Origin: Silvanigrellaceae bacterium
GTDB lineage: Bacteria; Bdellovibrionota_B; Oligoflexia; Silvanigrellales; Silvanigrellaceae
DNA: 64,000 nt
Assembly (NCBI GenBank): GCA_049423385.1
Contig: JBMSQQ010000005.1
Coordinates: 1-64,000 of the forward strand
Direction: 5' to 3'
Below are positions 38,662 to 48,956 of the stretch, one piece after another; within the stretch, counting starts at the first letter, position 1; every line of letters begins with the position of its first letter. The translations under genes were made by a program, and so were the position numbers. Below the pieces are notes generated by a model that worked only from the letters and a program-made list of their open reading frames with translations, had not been told where the DNA came from and did not search any database.

Positions 38662-41600
38662 TCATGGAATGCTGTAACGGCTGCACATGCGCGGGCGTGG
38701 AGTCGTGAGTTGTCCTGAATTGGTGCACGGCGAGGAACCACTGCAGACCGAAGCAGGACTCGAAACTTGACTTTTGTTCGAGGTTCCCAACTGACCGTCT
38801 GTATTTGCTCCCCAGCAGTAGACATTTCCCTCGAGTGTCATCATGCAAGTGTGAAGGTCTCCAGCTGAAATAGACATGGCAGTTGTTGTTGGAGCGGGAT
38901 CGATGATGGTTGGCGATTGTTTGCAGAAGGTGATGTTGGCGATTCCGGTTCCCGGGTTGCAATCTTCTCCGCTGGCCTGGTCGGTTGTCGTGACTTTTCC
39001 AACGCCGAGCTGCCCTGAAGTGCCCAATCCCCAGCAATAGACCTGGGAGTCCTCTGTGAGGGCGCAGGTGTGATTTGAACCAGCCGAAATTTGAACGTAC
39101 TTCAAGGCCGGGCTCGTGAGCTTGACTGGAGTGGTCGAAGAGGTGGTGTTCCCCAATCCAAGCTGTCCCACCGAGTTGTCGCCCCAGCAGTATATTTCAC
39201 CGCCTTTTGTCAGGACACAGGAGTGGTTGTCTCCGGACGTGATTTGCGACACATCCTCATTGAATCCCAGTGAGACTGGAAGGGATGAGTCGGTCGTGCT
39301 TGAATTTCCAAGTTGTCCGGAGTTGTTTTTACCCCAGCAAAAGGCTTGTGTGGTGGTGCTGGAGGATTGGAACTGCAGCGCGCATGTGTGACTCTTTCCC
39401 GCTGCCACAGAGAAGATTTTCGAATTCTGATCACTCAGGTCGCCTTTGCCAACGGCATACACTGAGCCAGAGCTTCCCGAGGACGTGTTGTTGCCGGTGC
39501 CGAGCTGACCCGAGTCGTTGTTGCCCCAGCAGTAGAGTTTTCCAAGCACGCTGCCCGAATTCGATATCGCGCAGGCGTGTGTTCCGGTTTTGCTGACGGC
39601 GATTCCGATCGGGATGTCACCTGCGGGAAATCCAACAGGGTTGTTGAATGCAGTTTGATTTCCTGCCAATCCCAATTGGCCGGAAGAATTGTTACCAACA
39701 CATCGGACCTGTGCCGTGCCCGATGCAGTTCCAAGTGCGCAGGTGAAGTTGGAACCAGATGCCAGCTGGACAAAAGTGAATCCAGCAGTTGTTTGGGTTG
39801 TTGAACTCGTTGAACTGGTTTGTGGATATGTGTACGTCGCCTGACTCAACGTGTTGGCAAGACCCAAACGACCATCACTCCGCCCCCAACATTTGCTCAC
39901 TCCATTGTCGACAAGGCAGGTGTGCAATGCGCCCGCTGAAATTGATGCATATGTTGACGAGGTGCATTGTCGACAGATTGAGGGCGTGGAGGCGTATTCG
40001 GGTTGGAGACCATCAACGGACATCTCGGACGTGTTGAATGAACCTGGAAGTGCAAACCATCGCAAATTCAATTTTTCGAGTTTTCGTTCAAATGTAAAAT
40101 TTGCAGAACTGACCGTATTGGTGATTGTGTTGCCTGTGCCGGAGCCTCCCTGTGTTGGACTCGAAAAGCTTCCAGTTGTGACAGCAAAGACAGATTTGAA
40201 TGTTGATGATGTGTCCTTTGCGGGTGTGCTTGGAATCAAAAATGAAGATGTCACGGCAGAACTGAATGAGACACTGTCGTTTGAAGAACTTATCGTTTTC
40301 GCTGCCGATGTGACGCTCAGTCCGGCGGGGGAACCGACGACGTCTTGTTGCACAACCGTGGCGGTATAGTTGAAACTGGAAATATTGCTCGAAATAGCAA
40401 AGCTTGCAGTGTTTGACACGTTGCAAGACGAACTCAAAGAAGGTTTCGACAACGCATTCAGGTTCAGCTGATAACTCGTGATCTCAATGAATTTAACAGT
40501 GTCGCTTGTGCAAGAACCGGATGCGTCGCAAGCACGCGCCTTGTATTTGCAGGTCCCGTATTCAGTGGTGGAAAATGCCTGGCTGATATTGGAACCCGTA
40601 ATTGGATTGGCGCAAGAGAAACCGCTGGATTTGTTGAAAGGCGATGAAGCATCGCGCACGAGGCTGTATGTGAGCGTCTCGCCATCGACGTCGGAAGCAC
40701 CAGTACAAGAGAGCGTCCAGTTTCCTGTTCGACCAGCCTTGACGATGTCGGTTGTTGAGTTTGAATCGCATATGACCGTACCTGTTGGCGGGTCATTTTG
40801 CGCGGTGATGTTCAACTGAAATGTTTTGGATGCAGACAGACCTCCGGGATCTGTAACTGTGAACGTGATGTTCAAGATACCGTTCGCATTCGCGTTCGGA
40901 GAAATTGTTCCGGTACAGTTTGGCCAGGTTCCGCTCCAGGTGACCCTCGAGCTTCCCGAGACAAGAGTTGAATTTCCGGTTGTGTAAGACAAACGGTCTG
41001 ACGTGCAGACATACTGGGACGCATTCCCTGCGTTTTTGTCGATGTCATCAACGACGAATGCAACTGCGACAGAGGAGTCTTCATTGACCGTTTGGGAATT
41101 GATGGTCGAAGTGATTTCGGGAGCATGATTGGAGCCAAGAACTGTCAATTTGAAGGTCTGCTCCGCCGTCGCAGCCGGATTTCCATCGTTGAACGAAAAC
41201 TTGATGTGGATGGTACCGGACTGCAGATTCTTTGGTGTCAACGTCGCGGAACAGTAGGGCCAGGTTCCACCCCAGGCAACAGCTCCTGTTGGCTCAACAA
41301 GGCTGGAATTGTCACCCGCCAATGTTGACACTGAATAACTCAAGTTCGGGGAATTGCATTCCAATGGCCCATCAATATCAGTCATCTTGAATTCTATGAA
41401 TTTTGCTGCCGCCTCGCTTGTGGTTTGATCTGCAATCGGCTCCATTTCCGGAAAGTCATTGACCGGACGAATATTCAAGACAACGGTTTGTTCTGAAGAA
41501 CACTTGTTTATCCCCGGATCATTGTCACAAACTTTGTATGAAAACGAATCGATGCCATTGAGGTTCGGTTTGGGCTTGTAGGTGCCGTATGCAGGCGAGC

Positions 41601-42381
41601 CCAAACTGGGAACATTAACAGGAAACGTAAAATCCCCGAGGGTAGGACTCGCGGTCCATTCATATTTCAACGCATGATTGATACGCTTTGTATTGTCGTC
41701 GAATGCTGCCATCAGAATGCTTGTTCCGATGGAATCTTCGTCCAATGTCTCCGACGCGGCACCATTGGAACTGATGTATGGTTCAGTGTTTGTAGAGTTC
41801 ACCGTGACTGAAAATGACGATTTGCTGACTTTTGAATCGTCCGATGGATCCTTGAGGCTCAACGTGATTGTTGCTGGAGTTTGGCTCGCATATTTCGTTT
41901 TTATGCTGATTCCACATTCAGTCGTTTCACCTCCTGTGACTGTTGCGTCACCCCAGGTCTTGCTTTCCACAGTTCCGCTGGAAGTTGTGCTGATGTAAAC
42001 AGCAGCGTCGTTGCTGCTGGATGGAACGACGTTCATGCATTTCACGGAATCATCGAAATCAAAAATACGAAAGCTTATGGGGTTGAGTTGGGTATCTTCG
42101 TTCGCCGTCTGATCGCCAATCTGCATGATCAGCGGAGCATTGTTTGGCCGCTCGGGAGTTGGTGCTGGAGTTGGAGTTGGAGTTGCTGCCGTGATTGCCT
42201 TTGGAGTTGTCCTTGGTGAAGATGTGGAAATAGGAGTTGGGATATCGACAGAATTTGTTTCGGCGGGCGTCTCGGATTGAACTTCGTCCTCTTCCAATGG
42301 CGGTGCGGCGCGAAAGCATGCGCTGACGCACAAGAGCATCAGCATGGAAATGGTCGATTTTTTTACTGAACTTGCCCGCAT
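38662..42381 (-). CDS. Surface lipoprotein with Ig/cadherin-like repeats and a C-terminal RCC1-like beta-propeller
   Basis: CVSAC lipobox; NEDT/NEDS Ig repeats; repeated AGxxHTC...YCWGxNxxGQLG. Confidence 0.9.
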   Translation of the reverse strand: MRASSVKKSTISMLMLLCVSACFRAAPPLEEDEVQSETPAETNSVDIPTPISTSSPRTTPKAITAATPTPTPAPTPERPNNAPLIMQIGDQTANEDTQLNPISFRIFDFDDSVKCMNVVPSSSNDAAVYISTTSSGTVESKTWGDATVTGGETTECGISIKTKYASQTPATITLSLKDPSDDSKVSKSSFSVTVNSTNTEPYISSNGAASETLDEDSIGTSILMAAFDDNTKRINHALKYEWTASPTLGDFTFPVNVPSLGSPAYGTYKPKPNLNGIDSFSYKVCDNDPGINKCSSEQTVVLNIRPVNDFPEMEPIADQTTSEAAAKFIEFKMTDIDGPLECNSPNLSYSVSTLAGDNSSLVEPTGAVAWGGTWPYCSATLTPKNLQSGTIHIKFSFNDGNPAATAEQTFKLTVLGSNHAPEITSTINSQTVNEDSSVAVAFVVDDIDKNAGNASQYVCTSDRLSYTTGNSTLVSGSSRVTWSGTWPNCTGTISPNANANGILNITFTVTDPGGLSASKTFQLNITAQNDPPTGTVICDSNSTTDIVKAGRTGNWTLSCTGASDVDGETLTYSLVRDASSPFNKSSGFSCANPITGSNISQAFSTTEYGTCKYKARACDASGSCTSDTVKFIEITSYQLNLNALSKPSLSSSCNVSNTASFAISSNISSFNYTATVVQQDVVGSPAGLSVTSAAKTISSSNDSVSFSSAVTSSFLIPSTPAKDTSSTFKSVFAVTTGSFSSPTQGGSGTGNTITNTVSSANFTFERKLEKLNLRWFALPGSFNTSEMSVDGLQPEYASTPSICRQCTSSTYASISAGALHTCLVDNGVSKCWGRSDGRLGLANTLSQATYTYPQTSSTSSTTQTTAGFTFVQLASGSNFTCALGTASGTAQVRCVGNNSSGQLGLAGNQTAFNNPVGFPAGDIPIGIAVSKTGTHACAISNSGSVLGKLYCWGNNDSGQLGTGNNTSSGSSGSVYAVGKGDLSDQNSKIFSVAAGKSHTCALQFQSSSTTTQAFCWGKNNSGQLGNSSTTDSSLPVSLGFNEDVSQITSGDNHSCVLTKGGEIYCWGDNSVGQLGLGNTTSSTTPVKLTSPALKYVQISAGSNHTCALTEDSQVYCWGLGTSGQLGVGKVTTTDQASGEDCNPGTGIANITFCKQSPTIIDPAPTTTAMSISAGDLHTCMMTLEGNVYCWGANTDGQLGTSNKSQVSSPASVCSGSSPCTNSGQLTTPRPRMCSRYSIP

Positions 42382-42406
42382 CTTGTCGCTGCCTTTCCAT
42401 AAAAAC

Positions 42407-42434
42407 AGATCGGCAGAAAGCTTCAAGAATTTGA
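42407..42434 (-). promoter_or_regulatory. FliA/sigma28-like promoter TCAA-N16-GCCGATCT
   Basis: Minus strand tcaa attcttgaagctttct gccgatct, 25 bp before ATG 42381. Confidence 0.65.
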
Positions 42435-42536
42435 AACATTACAGGGTCAAGCGTCGAATTATTGATGCTTTATTTCAGAGAAAAAGTGATGTTATTCGGA
42501 AGAAATTGTCACTTCTGTCAAGATGTTGATTCGCAA

Positions 42537-42563
42537 TCAATTTTTAAATCATTTATCCGAAAA
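42537..42563 (+). promoter_or_regulatory. FliA/sigma28-like promoter TCAA-N15-TCCGAAAA
   Basis: tcaa tttttaaatcattta tccgaaaa, followed by a GGGAGG RBS. Confidence 0.55.
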
Positions 42564-42582
42564 CCTCCTTGGGAGGTATTGA

Positions 42583-43227
42583 GTGAAATTGGGCTCATGC
42601 CATAAATGCCGGACAAATATCCGATATTGCCTGGTAAAAATGACGACAGTCACGCTGACTGCGGTTTCCGCAATTTGTGCGATGGGGCAGGCAATTGCTT
42701 CCGAGGGAGATATCGCGGTTGTGCAAAGAGGCGGAACTTCCTACAACAAGGGAAACCTGTCCCGGGATTATCGTTACCCGACATATTCTCTTGCAGTGTC
42801 TCATTCATTCTATACAAACCTCGGCAAGTCGGGGCTTGAACTGTCGAACAGCGTCAGCTTGAGCCACTCGACATTTTACACACTCAAGACTCCGGAACTT
42901 GCATTCAATGTTGTAGCCAAGGCTCCGCATCAGCTTTTCGAACCAGCATTTTTCTACAATGCCTGCTTTTTTGTCTACTCACGCCTGCGTCCCTGCGCTG
43001 CGGCTGGTATTTCAGCTGTTTATTTGAGGCACAATGCTCAAAACTACATCATGACTTCCGCTTTTCCAGCTCAAGCCAAACTCCAGATTGTGGGTCCGAA
43101 CGGAATTTTTGTGGAGGGTGGGGCCACGTGGCGGCGATTCTCTCAAAGGACCCAGGGAAATGTTGCATGGAATCAGGATACAACGGCCTTTTTTGGCTTT
43201 GGGCTGATCTTCCTCAGTCAGTTTTGA
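42583..43227 (+). CDS. Hypothetical small outer-membrane beta-barrel protein
   Basis: GGGAGG + GTG start; signal-like segment; amphipathic strands; ends AFFGFGLIFLSQF. Confidence 0.55.
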   Translation: MKLGSCHKCRTNIRYCLVKMTTVTLTAVSAICAMGQAIASEGDIAVVQRGGTSYNKGNLSRDYRYPTYSLAVSHSFYTNLGKSGLELSNSVSLSHSTFYTLKTPELAFNVVAKAPHQLFEPAFFYNACFFVYSRLRPCAAAGISAVYLRHNAQNYIMTSAFPAQAKLQIVGPNGIFVEGGATWRRFSQRTQGNVAWNQDTTAFFGFGLIFLSQF

Positions 43228-43263
43228 GAAATTTTTCTTTCCCTTGAATATCGAATCCTCAAT

Positions 43264-43749
43264 TCATGCGACGGAGGCGAACGAAACAGAGCCGGTCAAC
43301 TCATCGGCCGTAAGAATCAAGCTGGGTTCCACGAGAATAACGACCCTGTCAGTCAGCTTTCCAATCCCAATCAGGCAATGAGTGTGACTGTGTCCACCGA
43401 TATCAGGAGAGGGCTCGATGTTGTTGATTTTGAAGTCGAGCACCTCACGGACGGTATCCACGATAAGGCCAACCTTGCGTGACCAGATGTCGACGATGAT
43501 GATGCAGGTCTCCCTGTTGTACTCGGTAGTGGGCAGGGAAAATTTTCGACGAAGATCCATGACCGGCAATACTTTCCCACGCAGGTTGATGATTCCCTTC
43601 ATGTAGACCGGCAAATTGGGAACATGGGTGATCTCACCCAGACCGATGATCTCCGAAACAGTTCGAATCGGGACTGCGTAGGTCTCACTGGCAAGCTGAA
43701 AACTCAGATATCTTCCTTCTTCAGCTGTTTTGCGCATACTTCGTTCCAC
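43264..43749 (-). CDS. cheW: Chemotaxis coupling protein CheW (divergent from cheR)
   Basis: YLSFQL...ITHVPNLPVYMKGIINLRGKVLPVMDL; GAGGAGG before GTG 43749. Confidence 0.93.
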   Translation of the reverse strand: MERSMRKTAEEGRYLSFQLASETYAVPIRTVSEIIGLGEITHVPNLPVYMKGIINLRGKVLPVMDLRRKFSLPTTEYNRETCIIIVDIWSRKVGLIVDTVREVLDFKINNIEPSPDIGGHSHTHCLIGIGKLTDRVVILVEPSLILTADELTGSVSFASVA

Positions 43750-43896
43750 CGGATGACCTCCTCGTTCACTTCGCATGGACGTATCGGCAAATCTGAGAAA
43801 ATTTTCCGTGTCGTCTTTGGACTCAGGTCGGGATTTTGACATGATTTTTTTCCAACAGACACCGATATCTCCAAAGACACCATAGGAGGTTTGCGC

Positions 43897-44787
43897 GTGT
43901 CGGCCAATCGTGAGGAGATGACACTCAAACAGCTTGAAGAAGACGTCGTCGGATTCGGGAGAATTGCCGAACTGTTGCGGCGTGATGCCGGTATCAACTT
44001 GAGCTTGTCTGCAAAGAACAAGACACTGCTTGCGAGCCGAATGTTCAAGATCATGCCACAGCTCGGACTGCAGAGTTACCAGGATTTGTATTTGGCATTG
44101 AATTCTGGACAGCAACAGATCCGTGAAGCATTCATCAGTGCGATAACCACAAATACAACTCATTTTTTTCGAGAGCCAGCACATTTTTCGGCTTTGGGAA
44201 GTCTTGTTTGCGAACTTCGCAACAGGCAAGACATCAAGAGATCTCGTGAAATCAGAATCTGGTGCGCAGCCTGCAGCACCGGTGAAGAAGCGTATTCGAT
44301 CGCCATGATTGCGCGTAAGCATCTGCCAGTCACGGATAACTGGAAAATCAGGATCTTGGCATCCGACATTGATCGTGAGGTGTTGTCTGTTGCTGCCCGT
44401 GGGGTTTATCCGGCGACAGCGCTCGAAAGTGTGCCACAGGACTGCAGACAGCAGTTTTTTGATCGAGGTACCGGCAATTCTGCCGAATTTGTCAGGGTCA
44501 AGCGTGAGATTCGTGATTTGGTGACATTCGCCCAATTCAACCTGATGACCACGAGTTATCCATTCCAGGGCAAATTCGACATTATATTTTGCAGGAATGT
44601 GATGATCTATTTTGATCGTCCTGAAATCCACATGACGCTTGAAAAGCTGACATCGGTTTTGGCCGTTGGTGGATTCCTGTTCCTGGGTCATTCGGAAACA
44701 ATCATGGGCGGATCGCCCTCGCTCAAATCGCGGGCAGCAGCGGTCTATGAACGACTTCCGCCTGGCCGAAAAGGAGAAGCGGCATGA
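43897..44787 (+). CDS. cheR: Chemotaxis methyltransferase CheR
   Basis: TTNTTHFFRE, WCAACSTGEEAYS, IFCRNVMIYFD, LGHSE. Confidence 0.96.
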   Translation: MSANREEMTLKQLEEDVVGFGRIAELLRRDAGINLSLSAKNKTLLASRMFKIMPQLGLQSYQDLYLALNSGQQQIREAFISAITTNTTHFFREPAHFSALGSLVCELRNRQDIKRSREIRIWCAACSTGEEAYSIAMIARKHLPVTDNWKIRILASDIDREVLSVAARGVYPATALESVPQDCRQQFFDRGTGNSAEFVRVKREIRDLVTFAQFNLMTTSYPFQGKFDIIFCRNVMIYFDRPEIHMTLEKLTSVLAVGGFLFLGHSETIMGGSPSLKSRAAAVYERLPPGRKGEAA

Positions 44788-46928
44788 ACAGCAATTTCAA
44801 AGTCAACGAGTATCTTTTGGTGGTGGAGGATGACTTTGAACTCCGCGAAGCGATTTGCGAAACGCTTGATGCGGCAGGATGTCCCATCCATGCCGTGGCG
44901 ACCGCAGAGGATGCCTTGACGTTTGTTCGCAACAACACGTGTTTCGCGATTGTCAGCGATTTCAGAATGCCGGGAATGAATGGAATTCAGCTTTGCAAAC
45001 TGGTCAAGGAAGAGCTTCCGCGAGTCAAGTTTGTGATTCTGACGGGATATGCAGACAAGCAAACAGTGCTTGATGGATTTCGCGTCGGAATCGATGATTT
45101 GCTTGAGAAACCACAGGACCTCGTGCGTCTCAGGGAAATGGCGGATGGTTTTGTCTCCAAGCGTGCTGCTGAGGTTTTGCAGGAACAGGAAGAGCTGAAA
45201 GTCATCAGAAAGATTTTCTGTGATGAGGCCAATGATCTTCTCAGGGACATCGAGAGTTACATCTTCAAGCTTGAGGACTCTTCTGGCCAGTCTGATGTTG
45301 TCGATGTTCTATTCAGGAAAGCACACACCTTGAAAGGCTCTGCAGGAGCCTTTCAAGGCGCAGAAAAAATTGGCGCAGTGACCCACGCTTACGAAAATTT
45401 GCTGCAAGCAATCAAGAAGGGGAAATTGGTTCCTTCCCAGGCATTGACCCAGGTACTTCTGCAGGCAGCCGACGTGATCAAAAACCTCGTCAAGGATTTC
45501 GAAAATTTCAAAGAGACCAGAATCAATCTTCAGCCCTTTATCGACGCACTCAATCAGTGGACAGAAGGTCGTGCCGGCGGAATGGTTCAGTCCGCACAGG
45601 ATGATTCGAGCCGAGGGATTGAGTCCCGGACGGATATTCCACTCATCAATATTGCTGCTCCGGAACAGCTGTCTGCCCTGGGGTCTGGACATGAGGCAAC
45701 CACGACTTCCGAAGAGGAAGAGGATGGAATTCTTGTCAGCATCGACAAATTGAACTCGTTCATGGAACTTTCAGGTGAACTGGTTGTTCTCAAGAATGCA
45801 TATCATGCGACCATCAAACATGTTTCCAAGCTTTCGATACCTTCGGAGCAAAAGCAGCGCCTTGAGGAGATGAATCAATCCCTGGACAAAATCTCGGAAC
45901 AGATACAGGGCCAAATCATGGAAGTCCGAAAGGTGCAGTTGAAAGTCGCTTTTCAGAAGTTCCCCAGAATCGTTCGGCAGGCCTCGCAGGATTTGAGAAA
46001 ATTTGTCCGACTGGAGATGAGTGGAATCGATCTTGGCGTCGACAAAAGTATTGCAAAATCGCTTTCAAGTTCGCTTGTTCACGTTTTGAGGAATTCGGTT
46101 GATCATGGGATAGAAAATGCTCCCGCCCGCCTCGAGGCTGGAAAGCCCGAGCAGGGTACAATTCGAATTGTTGCCAACCAGGTTGGTGAAAGGATTCTCA
46201 TCACGATTGAGGATGATGGCGCTGGTATCGATCCCGATGTCATCCGTAGAAAGGCCGTTGAAAAGGGAGTTGTCGATCGGGAGACTGCCTACACCATGAG
46301 TGCTGCCGAAGCGCTTGATCTGATCTTCAAGGCTGGATTTTCGACTGCTGAAAAGGTTTCGAATGTTTCCGGCCGTGGTGTTGGAATGGATGTGGTCAGA
46401 ACCGAAATTTCCAAATTTGGCGGCACGGTGACTGTGGATTCCACAGCAAAGAAGGGAACAATCATCACGTTGATGATTCCGGTCCCAAAGACGGTGCTGG
46501 TGGAAAATACGCTTCTTGCAGAGAGCGGCGGACATCAATTGGTGATTCCATTGATAAGTATTTCGAAAATCGCTCCTGTCAAGGATTTGATACTTTCAAA
46601 GGTCGAAGGTCGCATGACGTGTCAGCATGACGGCGTGACAATCCCCTTGGGTGACTATCGCAGCTTCATTGAATCTCCGTTGCACGGCAGTCCGCTCGAG
46701 AAAACCGATTTTTCGCCCGAATCTCTCGTGTTGATCATTTCACACAAAGGACATTCGCTTGCACTTGTCGTCGACAAGGTGATTGACCAGATGGAAGCTG
46801 TGGTTCGCCCGTTTGACAATGTGGTTGAGCGGCTTCCTGGTTTCAAGGGAACGAGTCTACTGGATTCTGAAAGAGTGGCTTTTGTTTTGGATGCCGAATC
46901 CCTTGTCACTGAAGCCTACGCGAGCTGA
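44784..46928 (+). CDS. cheA: CheA histidine kinase with N-terminal receiver domain (REC-Hpt-dimer-HATPase-CheW)
   Basis: VVEDD...SDFRMPG...LEKP REC; FRKAHTLKG Hpt; HVLRNSVDHG; SGRGVGMDVV. Confidence 0.93.
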   Translation: MNSNFKVNEYLLVVEDDFELREAICETLDAAGCPIHAVATAEDALTFVRNNTCFAIVSDFRMPGMNGIQLCKLVKEELPRVKFVILTGYADKQTVLDGFRVGIDDLLEKPQDLVRLREMADGFVSKRAAEVLQEQEELKVIRKIFCDEANDLLRDIESYIFKLEDSSGQSDVVDVLFRKAHTLKGSAGAFQGAEKIGAVTHAYENLLQAIKKGKLVPSQALTQVLLQAADVIKNLVKDFENFKETRINLQPFIDALNQWTEGRAGGMVQSAQDDSSRGIESRTDIPLINIAAPEQLSALGSGHEATTTSEEEEDGILVSIDKLNSFMELSGELVVLKNAYHATIKHVSKLSIPSEQKQRLEEMNQSLDKISEQIQGQIMEVRKVQLKVAFQKFPRIVRQASQDLRKFVRLEMSGIDLGVDKSIAKSLSSSLVHVLRNSVDHGIENAPARLEAGKPEQGTIRIVANQVGERILITIEDDGAGIDPDVIRRKAVEKGVVDRETAYTMSAAEALDLIFKAGFSTAEKVSNVSGRGVGMDVVRTEISKFGGTVTVDSTAKKGTIITLMIPVPKTVLVENTLLAESGGHQLVIPLISISKIAPVKDLILSKVEGRMTCQHDGVTIPLGDYRSFIESPLHGSPLEKTDFSPESLVLIISHKGHSLALVVDKVIDQMEAVVRPFDNVVERLPGFKGTSLLDSERVAFVLDAESLVTEAYAS

Positions 46929-46937
46929 GGAGTTATT

Positions 46938-47390
46938 ATGCTGAATATTGTTCAGGATGCCCTCGATGAAAAAAAATCAAAAGGCCCGCAAAAGGGCTAT
47001 CTCTTGATTCAGGTGGGTGAGCAAAAATTTGGAATTCCAATGGATCAGGTGGTGGAAGTTCTCGAGTCGCGCCGCTGGAATCCACTGCCAGTGAGACGAA
47101 AGAATCTGCTGGGCGTCGTCAATCTGCGCGGCATCGTTTTTACCATTTATGATTTGGCGGCATTGCTCGGCAAAGGCGCCACCACGTCGGCCGAGTCGGG
47201 ACAAGGGTGTATCATTGTGGTCAATGACAATCGCAGGAAATTCGGTCTGTGGGTCGAGAAGATGCTTTATGTGCAAGAATTCCCGCTCGAGGATTTGCAT
47301 ACTCTCGATGATTCGCAGTTGCTTGTGAGTCATCTTTGCGTTGTCGAGAATGAATCCATTCTGATGATGGACGTCAAAAGAGTCGCCTGA
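46938..47390 (+). CDS. cheW: CheW
   Basis: LLGVVNLRGIVFTIYDL. Confidence 0.9.
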   Translation: MLNIVQDALDEKKSKGPQKGYLLIQVGEQKFGIPMDQVVEVLESRRWNPLPVRRKNLLGVVNLRGIVFTIYDLAALLGKGATTSAESGQGCIIVVNDNRRKFGLWVEKMLYVQEFPLEDLHTLDDSQLLVSHLCVVENESILMMDVKRVA

Positions 47391-48953
47391 ATGAAGACAC
47401 ATTATCTTTTTCCCGGCCAGCTCGTGGTTTATCAAGAGCCCTGCATGGTGACCACAATTCTCGGGTCATGTGTCGCAATCGCCATGTTCGATCCCGTCGA
47501 GCGCATTGCAGGATTGAATCATTTTTTGCTTCCGAATCCTTCAACAACAGGCGGTGCGTCGAGCCCGAGGTATGGAAGTGTTTCAACTCCAATGATGCTT
47601 GATCAGTTGCTCGCTGCCGGTGCCGTTCCTGAGAGGTTGCAGGCCAAGATTTTTGGTGGCGCAAGAGTTCTCGACGACCTGAACCTTGGCGAAAGCATTG
47701 GCCGACAAAACGTCGAATTCGCAAAATCCTTTCTGGCTTCGAGGAGAATACCTGTTGTTGAAGAACAAACAGGTGGCAACGTGGGGCGGAAAATCATTCT
47801 CGACACATCCAACTTCAACGTGACCCATCAATTGATGGGTGGACATTCGAAAGTATCCCTTTCAGGCGTGGAATCGTCTCTGTTGACAAGAACTGTCCGC
47901 GTCGTGGTTGTTGATGATTCCGCTTCCGTAAGGACAGTTTTCAGCCGTGTTCTTGATCAGTCTGGAAGGGTGAAGGTTGTCGGTGCTGCCCGTGATGCCT
48001 TCGAGGCGCGGGAAGTCATTGTGAAGGAAAATCCGGATGTCATTTTGCTGGATATCGAAATGCCGGGAATGTCGGGAGTCAAGTTCCTCGAAAAGCTGAT
48101 GCAGCATTTTCCCATTCCCACAATCATGGTTTCATCCTTGAATCCCGAAGATGATGCAGCCGTGCGCGCTCTTGAAATCGGAGCTCTCGAATTTGTCCAC
48201 AAGCCGGATCAATTTGATCCCGCAACATTGAGATTTTTTGCAGAGCATCTCGTGCAAAAAGTTGTTGCAGCCGCAAGTTCCGCCGACCGCGTGAAGTCTG
48301 CAAAGCGGGCACCTGGAAATGTTTCTCATGCTTCGGCATCAAATGCATCGGCCCTGTCGGGAGGCATCGAGATGATTCTGGTCGGAGGAAATGGTGGAGC
48401 CCACTCCGAACTTGAGCAGTTTTTGTCCTCGTTGCCGAACGACACTCCACCTGTGTTGGTGGCTGTAAGTTCGGTATCTGAGCATCTGAAAGTTTTCATC
48501 AACAAATGGAAAGTCAATTGTCGCGTGCAAATCAAGGAGGCGGTCGACGGCCTTGTTCCGATGCGTGGCTGTGTGTACATTTCCCCCGCGCGTCGGCACC
48601 TTTCCCTGGAAAACAGGGGAGGGCAAACTGTGATGTGTCTTCGCGATGGACCACCTGTTTGCTTGCAGACACCATCTTCAGAAGTATTGTTTGATTCCGC
48701 TTCAAAATCGCTTTCAGAAAAGCAATTTCAAGGTTTGGTTGCCGTCCTGTTGAGTGGATTCGGTTCCGATGGTGTTCAAGCCTTGCTTCGTCTCCGTGAA
48801 AAAGGGACGAGAACTCTTGTCACTCATCCCGAATCGAGCGTGTTCGCATTTGCCCCAAAAGCCGCAATTGAGGCTGGTGCCGCAGATGAAGTGCTTTTGC
48901 CCGAGGAATTTGCGAAGGCGCTGATGAAGCTCAGAAGTCGTGCGGCGGTGTAA
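47391..48953 (+). CDS. CheD-REC-CheB-like fusion with a degenerate methylesterase domain
   Basis: TILGSCVA and NHFLLP (CheD); VVDD...LLDIEMPG...HKP (REC); esterase has GGNGG and AVSSV instead of STGG and QHM. Confidence 0.88.
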   Translation: MKTHYLFPGQLVVYQEPCMVTTILGSCVAIAMFDPVERIAGLNHFLLPNPSTTGGASSPRYGSVSTPMMLDQLLAAGAVPERLQAKIFGGARVLDDLNLGESIGRQNVEFAKSFLASRRIPVVEEQTGGNVGRKIILDTSNFNVTHQLMGGHSKVSLSGVESSLLTRTVRVVVVDDSASVRTVFSRVLDQSGRVKVVGAARDAFEAREVIVKENPDVILLDIEMPGMSGVKFLEKLMQHFPIPTIMVSSLNPEDDAAVRALEIGALEFVHKPDQFDPATLRFFAEHLVQKVVAAASSADRVKSAKRAPGNVSHASASNASALSGGIEMILVGGNGGAHSELEQFLSSLPNDTPPVLVAVSSVSEHLKVFINKWKVNCRVQIKEAVDGLVPMRGCVYISPARRHLSLENRGGQTVMCLRDGPPVCLQTPSSEVLFDSASKSLSEKQFQGLVAVLLSGFGSDGVQALLRLREKGTRTLVTHPESSVFAFAPKAAIEAGAADEVLLPEEFAKALMKLRSRAAV

Positions 48954-48956
48954 TCA

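Noticed and set aside
43750..44691. 475-aa minus ORF suggesting an N-terminally extended CheW
   Set aside because: The extension is the antisense of cheR; a strong RBS and GTG at 43749 define a normal-size CheW.
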